Assembly: GCA_007135605.1 (NCBI GenBank) | Contig: SLIN01000075.1 | Location: 1 to 60,909, forward strand | Source: Spirochaetales bacterium | Lineage (GTDB): Bacteria > Spirochaetota > Spirochaetia > DSM-27196 > SKKC01 | Direction of reading: 5' to 3' | DNA length: 60,909 bases | Part shown: positions 9,403 to 21,945 of the stretch, piece by piece | Numbering within the stretch: the first letter of the stretch is position 1 | How the letters are laid out: every line of letters begins with the position of its first letter | Program-made: the position numbers and the translations under genes | Notes under the pieces: model-generated | The model's input: only the letters and a program-made list of their open reading frames with translations | Told to the model about the DNA's origin: nothing | The model's database searches: none

Positions 9403-10746
9403 TTACCGGGCAACGGTTTCCTCGAATTCCCGGAGCAATGCGTTACCGCGTTGCACCGCTTCGTCGAGCGCTTCCTGCGCGCCCGCATCGCCGGCGAAGA
9501 TCGCCTCCATGGCATCCAGAATCACCGAACGGCCCTGCACGTAGTTTCCGAAGCGGATACCGCGCGAGTTGTCCGTCGGCTCGCTGAGCGTGATCTGCTC
9601 GATCGCCGTGTTGTGGATGGGAATCTCGTCGTAGAAACCCTGCTCGCGGGTCAGCTCCCACGCCGAATCGGTGATCGGCAGGTAGCCGCTGAACTGGTGC
9701 CAGCTCGCCTGGACCTCGGTCGACGACAGATACTCGAAGAATTCCGCAACACCCTCGTACTCGATGTCGGAGTGGCCCTCCATGACCCACAGCGAACCGC
9801 CACCGATAATCGAGTTCTGCGGCGAATCGATGATCTCCGGCCAGTACGGCAAGAAGCTCGCGTTGAACTCGAAGTCCGCGCTTTCCGCGATTCCGGCGTA
9901 GGCCGCCGAAGAGGCAATGTACATCGGTACGTCACCCGCGGTGAACAGAGGACCCGCGTCACCGCCGCGTCCGCCGTACTGGAAGAGGCCGCGGTCGGCG
10001 AAGTCGGCGAGTGCTTCCATGTGGTGGACGTGTTCCGGGATGTTGTACACGAATTCGGTTCCCCAGCCGTCGAGTCCGTTCGCCAGCGTTCCCATGGGAA
10101 TGTCGTGCCACGCGGAGAAGTTCTCCATGTTGGTCCACGACGGCCACTGGAAGGTAAACCCGGCGGTGTAGTTTCCGGTACCAACGAGCGCTTCGGCGTA
10201 CTCTTCAATGTCGTGCCACGTCTCGGGCGGATCGTTCGGATCCAGGCCGGCTTCGCGGAATGCATCGACATTGTAGTAGAAGATCGGGGTCGAACTGTTG
10301 AACGGGAACGAAAGCATGTTGCCGTCGAGGTCCGAGTAATAGGCGGTGACCTGGTCGAGCACGTCGTCGGTGTCGAACGGCCGATCGTAATCCTCCATGA
10401 GCTGATATACCGGATAGACGACCTCGGGATTGCCGTGCATCGTACCGGTTCCGACATCGTAAACCTGCAGAATATGCGGGGGATTACCGGCGCGATAGGC
10501 TGCGATTGCACTCGTCATCGCCTCCGCGTAGTCGCCCTGTTCCACAACGTTCACGAGGTATTCGTCCTGCATGGCGTTAAAGTCAGCCGCCATCCGCTCG
10601 ATCTCCTCACCGAGCGCACCACCGAGCCCGATCCACATTTCGATCTCGAGCGGGAATTCGGGCTCCACTTCCTCCGGTTCGCCCGCGGCGAACAGGAACG
10701 AAGGAAGCAGCAACACAACACACACCAATAGCGCTATCTTGCGCAT
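9403..10746 (-). CDS. Carbohydrate ABC transporter substrate-binding protein (family 1 SBP). Context next to beta-galactosidase suggests a galactoside or oligosaccharide substrate.
   Basis: True start is MRKIALLVCVVLLLPSFLFAAG (signal peptide) at 10746 ('cat' 10744..10746), not the track's 10950. Extracellular solute-binding protein 1 architecture. Confidence 0.8.
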   Translation of the reverse strand: MRKIALLVCVVLLLPSFLFAAGEPEEVEPEFPLEIEMWIGLGGALGEEIERMAADFNAMQDEYLVNVVEQGDYAEAMTSAIAAYRAGNPPHILQVYDVGTGTMHGNPEVVYPVYQLMEDYDRPFDTDDVLDQVTAYYSDLDGNMLSFPFNSSTPIFYYNVDAFREAGLDPNDPPETWHDIEEYAEALVGTGNYTAGFTFQWPSWTNMENFSAWHDIPMGTLANGLDGWGTEFVYNIPEHVHHMEALADFADRGLFQYGGRGGDAGPLFTAGDVPMYIASSAAYAGIAESADFEFNASFLPYWPEIIDSPQNSIIGGGSLWVMEGHSDIEYEGVAEFFEYLSSTEVQASWHQFSGYLPITDSAWELTREQGFYDEIPIHNTAIEQITLSEPTDNSRGIRFGNYVQGRSVILDAMEAIFAGDAGAQEALDEAVQRGNALLREFEETVAR

Positions 10747-11144
10747 ATGGCACCTCCTGTTGATTATTCGTGTCATTGGTGCGCATGGCCGGACCGACCG
10801 CTGCGCACTTCCACGCATGGTTTTCAAGCGGTCACCGTGTTCGCTCACCCTGTGCCGTTGAGCGCGGTACCGCGTTGGTACGGAAGTCGCTCCTGTGCGA
10901 AACAGATAGTTGTTTGGTTTCTGTCCACGACCGCGCTGATTCACGAGCATTCACCTTGTGATCAGCCGATACTGTGATATTTGTACAGCCCGACTGAACA
11001 TTCGTTCGATCTTCCGTAGTGTGAGCGTAGACCCACATCCGGCCGCTGTCAACGCTTTTGTGATACAAATGTTAGTGGAGATTATATATCATTGGTTTGG
11101 ATACCGGAGGTGATGTCGACACCGGCGACTCCGCGGGGTCGCAA

Positions 11145-14846
<3,702 letters not shown>

Positions 14847-14890
14847 TCAAGCTTGCGGATCGGACGCCCCGGAGCGATCGCAACGAAACG

Positions 14891-15409
14891 CTACAGCAAC
14901 GAAACGACCACGACGGCGACGATAACCCCGAACGCCACGCCGACGATGATCTCGCCGAGCGAGTGACCGACCATCTCCGAGACCGGCGGTTCCGACGGGG
15001 GAGTCAACGCCGGCGCCGCACCCCGTTCGGTCGACGGCTCGGCGGCAATCCGGTCGCGGCGCATTTCCTCGATGTGCGCGCTCGCGCGTTCCAGCAGATC
15101 GGCGAGCCGGTTCAGCCGGCGCGCGTGATCCTGGACATGGCCGCGCAGGCGGTACGCGTCGTAGATCACAATCGCAGAAAAAACAAAGGAGACGGCGAAG
15201 AGATCGCTGCCGATCCCGGCGCGTACGGCAACCGACGCAGTCAACGCCGATACGAACGCGGCGTGGGCGCTGGGAAAGCCTCCTGCAGTCACGAAGTATT
15301 CGGGGGCGAAGCGGCGCTCGCGCACCGAATAGAGCGCGACCTTGAAAAGCTGAGAGATAACCTGCACCGCCACGGCGACAAGCAACGGCGGGGCGATAGC
15401 GTCAAGCAT
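14891..15409 (-). CDS. Divergent PAP2-family membrane protein (DUF212 / acid-phosphatase / vanadium-haloperoxidase-related).
   Basis: 172 aa with ..YFVTAGGFPSAHAAFVSALTASVAVRAGIGSDLFAVSFVFSAIVIYDA.. typical of this family. ATG confirmed. Confidence 0.6.
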   Translation of the reverse strand: MLDAIAPPLLVAVAVQVISQLFKVALYSVRERRFAPEYFVTAGGFPSAHAAFVSALTASVAVRAGIGSDLFAVSFVFSAIVIYDAYRLRGHVQDHARRLNRLADLLERASAHIEEMRRDRIAAEPSTERGAAPALTPPSEPPVSEMVGHSLGEIIVGVAFGVIVAVVVVSLL

Positions 15410-15532
15410 GGGCGCGCCTCCGACTCGCGGCCGGCGCGGCGCGCGCTGTTCGAGGAGCGGGCGCCGGTCGTGCGGCGAGAGTCGTCCGCGGGGCGAGAGC
15501 TGTTCGCGCGGCGGGCACTGTTTGCGGCGCCG

Positions 15533-18358
15533 TCACTGCTCGCCCACTCCCACCGCCTCGCCGCGCAGGATCTCCCGCGGCTTCGAGCCGTTCGCCGGGC
15601 CGACGATGCCGAGGCGCTCCATCTCCTCGACCATGCGCGCGGCGCGGTTATACCCGACTTTCAGTCGGCGCTGCAGATAGCTCGCGCTCGCTTTGCGCGA
15701 CTGCTGTACGACCGCAATCGCCTTCTCCAGCAGCGGATCCTCGAGATCTTCCTGGAGATCGGGGTCGTCATCATCATCTATGAATATCTCTTCATCTATG
15801 TAGTCGGGCTCGCCGAGCGTTTTGACGTGTGCGACTACGCGCTCGACCTCGTCCTCGCTGAGGAAGGCGCCCTGCATGCGCGTCGGCACCGGATCCCACG
15901 CGGAGGTGAAGAGCATGTCACCGCGGCCGAGCAGTTTCTCGGCGCCCTGCGAGTCGAGGATGATCCGGCTGTCGACTTTACTCGCGACCATGAAGGCGAT
16001 GCGCGAGGGGATGTTCGCCTTGATGAGTCCGGTGATAACGTCGGTGCTCGGGCGCTGGGTGGCGAGCACGAGATGGATGCCGACGGCGCGACTCATGGCG
16101 GCGAGCCTGGCGAGCGTGCTCTCGAGCTCTTTCCCGCTGGTCGCCATGAGGTCGGCGAACTCGTCGACGACGATCACGATGTACGGCAGCTTCTCGACGG
16201 CGAGCTTGCGCGCCTTCACTTTCTGGTTGTAGCTGGCGATATCGCGCACCTGCAGGCTGTCGAGCAGACTGTAGCGGCGTTCCATCTCATAGAGCGCGTA
16301 CTGCAGCGCCTGGAACGCCCGCTTCGGCTCGGTGATCACCGGCGTGAGCAGGTGCGGTATGTCGTTGTAGAACTTCAGCTCGACAATCTTCGGATCGATG
16401 AGGATCATCTTCACGTCCTGCGGCGCGCGGCGGTACAGCACCGAGCAGATGATGGAATTCACGCAGACACTCTTCCCGCTTCCGGTGGCCCCGGCTATCA
16501 GCAGATGCGGGGTTTTCGTCAGGTCGATGATCTGCGCGTCGCCGGGGATATCCTTTCCCATCGCAAGCGGGATCAAGTGCTCTTTGTCGTTGAACGACCG
16601 GTTCTGTACGAGATCGGCGAAACTTACGATCGCCCGGCGCTTGTTCGGCACTTCGATGCCGACCGCGTGTTTGCCGGGAATCGGCGCCACGATCCGGACT
16701 GTCTGCGCGGCGAGCCGCAACGCGATATTGTCGGCGAGGTTTACGATCTTCGTCAGCTTTACGCCGGGCGCGGGCAGGATTTCGAACATGGTAATAACCG
16801 GTCCCTTGCGGATCCCGGTAACCTCCGCTTCTATGCCGAACTCCTGCAAGGTGTAGCGCAGCGTCTCCCCGTCGGCCTTCGTGCGCTCATCGAGCTCCCA
16901 ATAGCGCTCGTGCGGATACTCCTCGAGAAGCCCGTCGACCGGAACGTTGTAGCGGGAGACGTGCCCCGCTTTGCGTCCCGGGCCGCGGCGAGGCGGCGCT
17001 GCGTCCGCAGCGGCATCCGCCTGCTTCGCGTCGTCGGAGTGCTCGTCGACGGAGTCGCCGATCTCTTCGAGCTCGGCGCTTTCGTCGTACACGCCTTCGG
17101 CGAACTCCTCATCGTCAACACCGGCATGCCGACCGACTGCCTCACCCTCGTCGTCCAGGTCGCTTTCCCAAACGTCCACGTCATCGTAGTCGTCGTATTC
17201 GGCGACGTCCGGGGCCGCCTCGGTTGACGCACCGTTGAGCTCGTCATGATCTTCGACACTCGACGCCGCCTCGGTTCGCCCGCCATTCAGCTCGTCGTAT
17301 CCGATCCTGATTTCGGCTTCCTCGTCGCGCCCGAGACTGCGAAACCGCCCGCCGGTGAACTCTACGACGAGCTCACTCGTGTCGGGATCATCCTTGTCCG
17401 AGCCGCTCCGTCCGGCCTTATTCCGGACGATGTACTCATTGTCCCGGACGATGTAATCACCCCGTTCCGCTGTGGTATCCGGCCGAGCTACATCACCTTC
17501 AGCATCGGTCTCATCGTCATCGAAACGGACGCGGGCGCGATTGCTCGGCCATTCGATGTGCAAACCACGGAGCAACTCCCCGGGGTGTGTGTCCTCCGGC
17601 TGTGTGTCGTCCGGATCGCTTGACGAGTCCTGCGACGCGTTTCCGGCTGCGATCACCGGCGGGAGCTCGTCCTCCGCTTCATCCGGGCCGTCCGGAGATT
17701 CCACGGAATCGAAGTCGGACAGGGGGGCTCCACTTCCGTCGGCCTCGCACTCGGCGTGGCGACGTTTGCCTCGAGGGGTGTGTTTCCACGCATATGCGGC
17801 CGCAGGCGGCGGCAACTCGAGCACCACACCGGAGGGTTGTCGTTCTGAGGTGCCGGCGTCGGCGGCGGATAGGGAGCTCGACAGGCGTTCGCGATCGAGC
17901 CGTACCCAGATACGTGTGACCACTACTATAAGGAGACAGAGCACCGCGGTGAGAAGAGCGAACGTGAGCGCTCCGGGGACGCGCCCGAACATGCCGGATA
18001 CGCTGGCGGTGATCGGACTCGCCATGACGCGGACATCGAAGGCAAGGCGCAACGCTACCGCAGATGTGAGAAACGGCAGAATCGCGAGATTGAGTGCGAG
18101 AATCGCGGCGGTACCACCCCTCCTCCTCACAAGCGCAGCGGCGATCAGTACGTACGCCGGGACAAAGAGGGCGGCGGCGTGGAAGCTTGCGAGCAGGAAG
18201 CGTCCCGGAAGTGCGAAAACCTGTAAGAAACCGACCGGCATCACCTCCACAAGCGGTATCGAGGCGAAGCTGATGCTCAGGAGCATACCAAGACCGCTGA
18301 ACGCCGCTGCGGTCGCCGAGCGAATAGGATGTAGATTGCTGTCCATGTCCCTTCCCAT
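15533..18358 (-). CDS. ftsK: DNA translocase FtsK (N-terminal 4-TM domain, very long acidic linker, C-terminal motor).
   Basis: C-terminal Walker A ATGSGKSVCVNSIICS and other FtsK motor blocks. Start probably M45 (18358) or M49, where the first TM segments begin. The linker is extremely D/E-rich. Confidence 0.9.
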   Translation of the reverse strand: MGRDMDSNLHPIRSATAAAFSGLGMLLSISFASIPLVEVMPVGFLQVFALPGRFLLASFHAAALFVPAYVLIAAALVRRRGGTAAILALNLAILPFLTSAVALRLAFDVRVMASPITASVSGMFGRVPGALTFALLTAVLCLLIVVVTRIWVRLDRERLSSSLSAADAGTSERQPSGVVLELPPPAAAYAWKHTPRGKRRHAECEADGSGAPLSDFDSVESPDGPDEAEDELPPVIAAGNASQDSSSDPDDTQPEDTHPGELLRGLHIEWPSNRARVRFDDDETDAEGDVARPDTTAERGDYIVRDNEYIVRNKAGRSGSDKDDPDTSELVVEFTGGRFRSLGRDEEAEIRIGYDELNGGRTEAASSVEDHDELNGASTEAAPDVAEYDDYDDVDVWESDLDDEGEAVGRHAGVDDEEFAEGVYDESAELEEIGDSVDEHSDDAKQADAAADAAPPRRGPGRKAGHVSRYNVPVDGLLEEYPHERYWELDERTKADGETLRYTLQEFGIEAEVTGIRKGPVITMFEILPAPGVKLTKIVNLADNIALRLAAQTVRIVAPIPGKHAVGIEVPNKRRAIVSFADLVQNRSFNDKEHLIPLAMGKDIPGDAQIIDLTKTPHLLIAGATGSGKSVCVNSIICSVLYRRAPQDVKMILIDPKIVELKFYNDIPHLLTPVITEPKRAFQALQYALYEMERRYSLLDSLQVRDIASYNQKVKARKLAVEKLPYIVIVVDEFADLMATSGKELESTLARLAAMSRAVGIHLVLATQRPSTDVITGLIKANIPSRIAFMVASKVDSRIILDSQGAEKLLGRGDMLFTSAWDPVPTRMQGAFLSEDEVERVVAHVKTLGEPDYIDEEIFIDDDDDPDLQEDLEDPLLEKAIAVVQQSRKASASYLQRRLKVGYNRAARMVEEMERLGIVGPANGSKPREILRGEAVGVGEQ

Positions 18359-18434
18359 CTCTTCGATTACAGTATCGGAGCGAGACGCCGCAGCCTTAGA
18401 AGTTTGTCGGGCGTGAAGGCGGTCCGACGAGCGT

Positions 18435-20654
18435 TCAGAAGAGGTCGGGAAAGAAATCGAGCACGGTGTCACGAACCGTGCCGTTGTCATAGAGGTGCCG
18501 GTAGTTCACAGCTGAAACGAGTATCTTTCGGATATAATCTCGTGTTTCGCCGAGTGGGATCCCCTCGTGAAAGAGAATCGAGGGGAGATCTCCCCGATTC
18601 GCCCGCCACACACGTACCCGGCCCTGCCCGGCGTTGTACGCAGCGAGCGAACCGAGCCAGTTTCCAAGCGACCGATTGATGTCGGAGAGGTAACGGGCGC
18701 CGAAACGCAGATTCGTCTCGGGATCGGTAAGGTCGTAATCGCTGACCCCGAGGCGATTGGCGACGTCCATGGCAGTTGCGGGCATGAGTTGTGCCAGCCC
18801 GGTCGCACCGACCCACGACCGTATCTCCGCGTCGAAGTAGCTTTCCTCGCGCACCAAGCCGTAGAAGAGATAGAGCGGAAGATCGAACTCTTCGACCACT
18901 GCACGCATCTCCTCCTCGTACGCGAGCGGGTAGATGAGTCGTGCAAGGTCGCGGTCGACGACGAGATCATCGATCCGGCTCAACCGATTCGCAACACGCA
19001 ACGAAAACAGCAACTGTCCGCTCCGGGCCAGCTCGGCGGCGAGCTGCTCGGTGACCGCGCCTCCGGTGCGCTTATCGTCTTCATACACCGCGCGATACGC
19101 TTCGGCCAGCAGTCCGTACTGCATATACCCCGAGACGAGGAGGTCATCATCTCCGGCGACGGACTCGCGCTCGGCGTCACGCTCTCCGGGCAGCGCCCAC
19201 AGTTCGCGGTCCATCATGACCGAGGCTACGATCGAGTAGTATGGGCTTTCCCGCTGCTCGAAAGCGGGCTGCAACAGCTCGTCGAGCCCGTCCGTACCTG
19301 AGTTGCGCTCCGCCGGAAGGTGGACGAGTCCTGCTCGTACCGCGCCGGCCAGGGCGACTGCATACTGAGCGGCACTCCGCGATGATCCGTGCTCGCGAAT
19401 CGCCGAATGCGCGCGCACCAGTGCGTCCCATCGCCGGGCGGGAACAATGTTCGCAAGAAGGCGCTCGAGAGACTCATCAAACCTCGACGGTTCGTTTGCT
19501 CTCTCCAGCACCCCGGCAAGCTCGCCGACAAGGCCGATCGGATCCGCGCTCACCGCTGCGTGGAGATAATGATACAGAGCATCGTCGTACGAGCCGGCAT
19601 CCTCGGAGGAGTCCATCGCGCGTCGCAGCGCACCGACGGCGGCGCGATTGTCGGAAACGGCCCGGTACAGTCTTCCGATACTCTCGTGCATGTAGTGACG
19701 GATATGGGTCGGGGCGACGTCGAGCAACGCGGAAAGCCGCTCTGCCCCGGCGCGCGGGCTACCGTCGCGGAAGTAGGTCTCCCGTATATCGGCGATGCCC
19801 GGGCGGGAGAAAACCGAATCGTTGTCGACGGTTAGTTCCTCACCGTCGGACACGAACTGTACCCCGTCCGTTCCCGGGTGCATCGAATCGAGAACGTGTC
19901 TTGCGGTCGTCCATTCCCTGTCGGCGACAGCGGCCCGATAGGCGAGATAGTCGTACTGCGCTCGCGGTACCTCACGGGCGATAGAAACAGATTCGTCGGG
20001 GGAGCCCGCACCGCGGCTAGTACTATTCGGCTCGCGCAGGGAGGTCAAACGTGACTCGAGCTTCGCGAGGCCCTCGTCGGACGCCGCATCGCGAAGGGCA
20101 CGCCGTAAATCGTCGGAGAACCGTTCCCCTTTCCCATCGATCAGCGACGCAAGGGCGAGCCGTGAATGGAGATCCGGGAGCTCGTCGGCATACCGCTCGA
20201 GTCCGTAGACCTCCTCCGCTCGATCGAGCGACAACAAGAGGTCGGCACGTTCGAGAGCGAGCCGGGCGTATCTCGAGGTCGATGCGGAGACCGTTTCGGC
20301 CGCGACGAGTGCCCGCTCGCGCTCGCGCCTACTGTGGGCGAGGTCTACCATGCGGAGAGCGGACTCCGCCGCCCACGGCTCGACACCTGAATCGAACTGC
20401 ATTTCGTGAAACCGGAATGCCGTCTGCTCGCGCCCTTTGCGCTCGAAGATCCGCCCGACATAGTAGCCGCTGCCGTCCTCGATCCCGTACAGACGTTCGC
20501 TGTTGAAATCGCGCGGGTCGACGTCGCGAAGGAAGGAGTAATCGCCGCGTTCGAGCCGGGCCATCGAGGCATCGTAGTCCATCCCGAGAAAATCGGGATC
20601 GGTTTCGCAGCCGAGCAATAGCGGAAGCAGAAGTAGTAAGAGCGTGCGCTGCAT
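18435..20654 (-). CDS. Soluble lytic murein transglycosylase (Slt70-like): lipoprotein signal (LLGC), superhelical N-domain, C-terminal SLT catalytic domain.
   Basis: SLT domain ..WVGATGLAQLMPATAMDVANRLGVSDY..AAYNAGQGRV.. Lipobox LLLGC at the N-terminus. Confidence 0.8.
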   Translation of the reverse strand: MQRTLLLLLLPLLLGCETDPDFLGMDYDASMARLERGDYSFLRDVDPRDFNSERLYGIEDGSGYYVGRIFERKGREQTAFRFHEMQFDSGVEPWAAESALRMVDLAHSRRERERALVAAETVSASTSRYARLALERADLLLSLDRAEEVYGLERYADELPDLHSRLALASLIDGKGERFSDDLRRALRDAASDEGLAKLESRLTSLREPNSTSRGAGSPDESVSIAREVPRAQYDYLAYRAAVADREWTTARHVLDSMHPGTDGVQFVSDGEELTVDNDSVFSRPGIADIRETYFRDGSPRAGAERLSALLDVAPTHIRHYMHESIGRLYRAVSDNRAAVGALRRAMDSSEDAGSYDDALYHYLHAAVSADPIGLVGELAGVLERANEPSRFDESLERLLANIVPARRWDALVRAHSAIREHGSSRSAAQYAVALAGAVRAGLVHLPAERNSGTDGLDELLQPAFEQRESPYYSIVASVMMDRELWALPGERDAERESVAGDDDLLVSGYMQYGLLAEAYRAVYEDDKRTGGAVTEQLAAELARSGQLLFSLRVANRLSRIDDLVVDRDLARLIYPLAYEEEMRAVVEEFDLPLYLFYGLVREESYFDAEIRSWVGATGLAQLMPATAMDVANRLGVSDYDLTDPETNLRFGARYLSDINRSLGNWLGSLAAYNAGQGRVRVWRANRGDLPSILFHEGIPLGETRDYIRKILVSAVNYRHLYDNGTVRDTVLDFFPDLF

Positions 20655-20676
20655 GATCTATAGCGATTCGGTGAAC

Positions 20677-21852
20677 TCAATCGATGGTGCGCTCACCCCG
20701 GATTAGCCGGGCGAGTTTCCGCAACGGTGCGGGGAATCGCCGCACTGCGCGGTGTCCGCCGATGAATGGAACCGGCCACGATGAGAGACCGAAGCCGACG
20801 GCACTTTCGAGCGGAGGCACGGGTTCGGCCTGAAACGCACCGTAAATGAGGTAAACGAGGCCGGCAAGAATAGCGAGTCCCAATAGCATGTACGCGACGA
20901 AGTAGATCGATGAGGGGCCGGCTGACGCCACGCTCGAATCGGCTTCGCCGGCAGTTTCCCCCTCCTCGTCCTCGATACCCGGCTCCGTGGCCGCGTGCGA
21001 AGCGAGGCGTTGATCCGCGTACGGTGAGTCGAACTCATCGAAAGAGAAGTCCTCGGTTTCGGCGCGGGCGGGCGCCGCTTCCTTACCTTCGACGGGTGTC
21101 AGCTCGTCGCTCGCAGCTTCGAGGGATGCCGGCTCTTCATACTCGCTCGCACCTTCCAGGGATTCCAGCTCGTCATACTCGCTCGCAGCTTCGAGCGGTG
21201 ACGGCTCTTCGTCCTCGCCCTCAGCGTCGAACTCGCCGGAAAACGGTTGCTCACTCTCACCGACGTCGCCCGACGCCTGATCGAACTCAGAATCATCCTC
21301 CTCGGGAAGCTCAAACGCAAGGTCGTCGAGGTCCGGGCCGCCGAACTCCGGTTCGTCGGCCGATTCCGGAGACGATTCATCCGGATCGAAAACCGGCGGT
21401 TCTTCGAGTTCCCCTGAAAGATCGAAGGTTTCCTCGTCGTCGAGGGAGAAATCCGGGAGCTCCTCCGAGGTACCCTCGACGGATGTCTCTGTGCCGATTT
21501 CGTCGGTACGATCGAGGCTGATCGAAAGACTCTGAGTATCGCCGTTCGAGAGATTCTGCGCGCGTGCCTGCAGTTGCCCCCGATCGTCAATGCCGACGAC
21601 GAGGCTGATCTCGACGCTTCCGGCGGAAGCGGAATCGATATCATCGATAACGAGGCTCCCGACGTACTCGGCGTTGGCGAGGTCGTGGCGATCACCCTGG
21701 TACATGTCTATCTGGACGCGCTCCTGATTGTCGCGTGAGGTGGTCAGCACGACCCGTTTTCGGCCACGGTCGTTCCGATCGAGGATCGGAAACCGCGACC
21801 CGTCTGCCGTCTTTATAGCGATCACAGCGTTGTCCACCGGTAATCCTCCCAA
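20677..21852 (-). CDS. Membrane protein whose only recognisable domain is an N-terminal Hsp70/DnaK substrate-binding beta-domain. This is followed by a long acidic repeat region, one TM helix and a roughly 55-aa tail.
   Basis: The N-terminal 110 aa align residue-by-residue with DnaK SBD-beta: MGGLPVDNAVIAIKTAD..QIDMYQGDR..VEISLVVGIDDRGQLQARAQNLSNGDTQSLSI versus [48 protein letters not shown]. The track start is TTG. GGAGGA followed by GTG at 21837 may be the real start. TM segment SIYFVAYMLLGLAILAGLVYLIYGAF. Confidence 0.6.
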   Translation of the reverse strand: MGGLPVDNAVIAIKTADGSRFPILDRNDRGRKRVVLTTSRDNQERVQIDMYQGDRHDLANAEYVGSLVIDDIDSASAGSVEISLVVGIDDRGQLQARAQNLSNGDTQSLSISLDRTDEIGTETSVEGTSEELPDFSLDDEETFDLSGELEEPPVFDPDESSPESADEPEFGGPDLDDLAFELPEEDDSEFDQASGDVGESEQPFSGEFDAEGEDEEPSPLEAASEYDELESLEGASEYEEPASLEAASDELTPVEGKEAAPARAETEDFSFDEFDSPYADQRLASHAATEPGIEDEEGETAGEADSSVASAGPSSIYFVAYMLLGLAILAGLVYLIYGAFQAEPVPPLESAVGFGLSSWPVPFIGGHRAVRRFPAPLRKLARLIRGERTID

Positions 21853-21945
21853 GCTCTGCGGGTCAAGCGTATGGCAGCGGTTCAGCCTTTGTCAACGAAA
21901 GCGGACTCGATTGACGAGGGCGAAACTCGACGGAATAATACCCGC

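Noticed and set aside
10747-10950. N-terminal 68-codon extension of the sugar SBP ORF (track start at 10950)
   Set aside because: The extension is basic, non-hydrophobic and precedes an obvious signal peptide. The ATG at 10746 gives a canonical start (MRKIALLV..).
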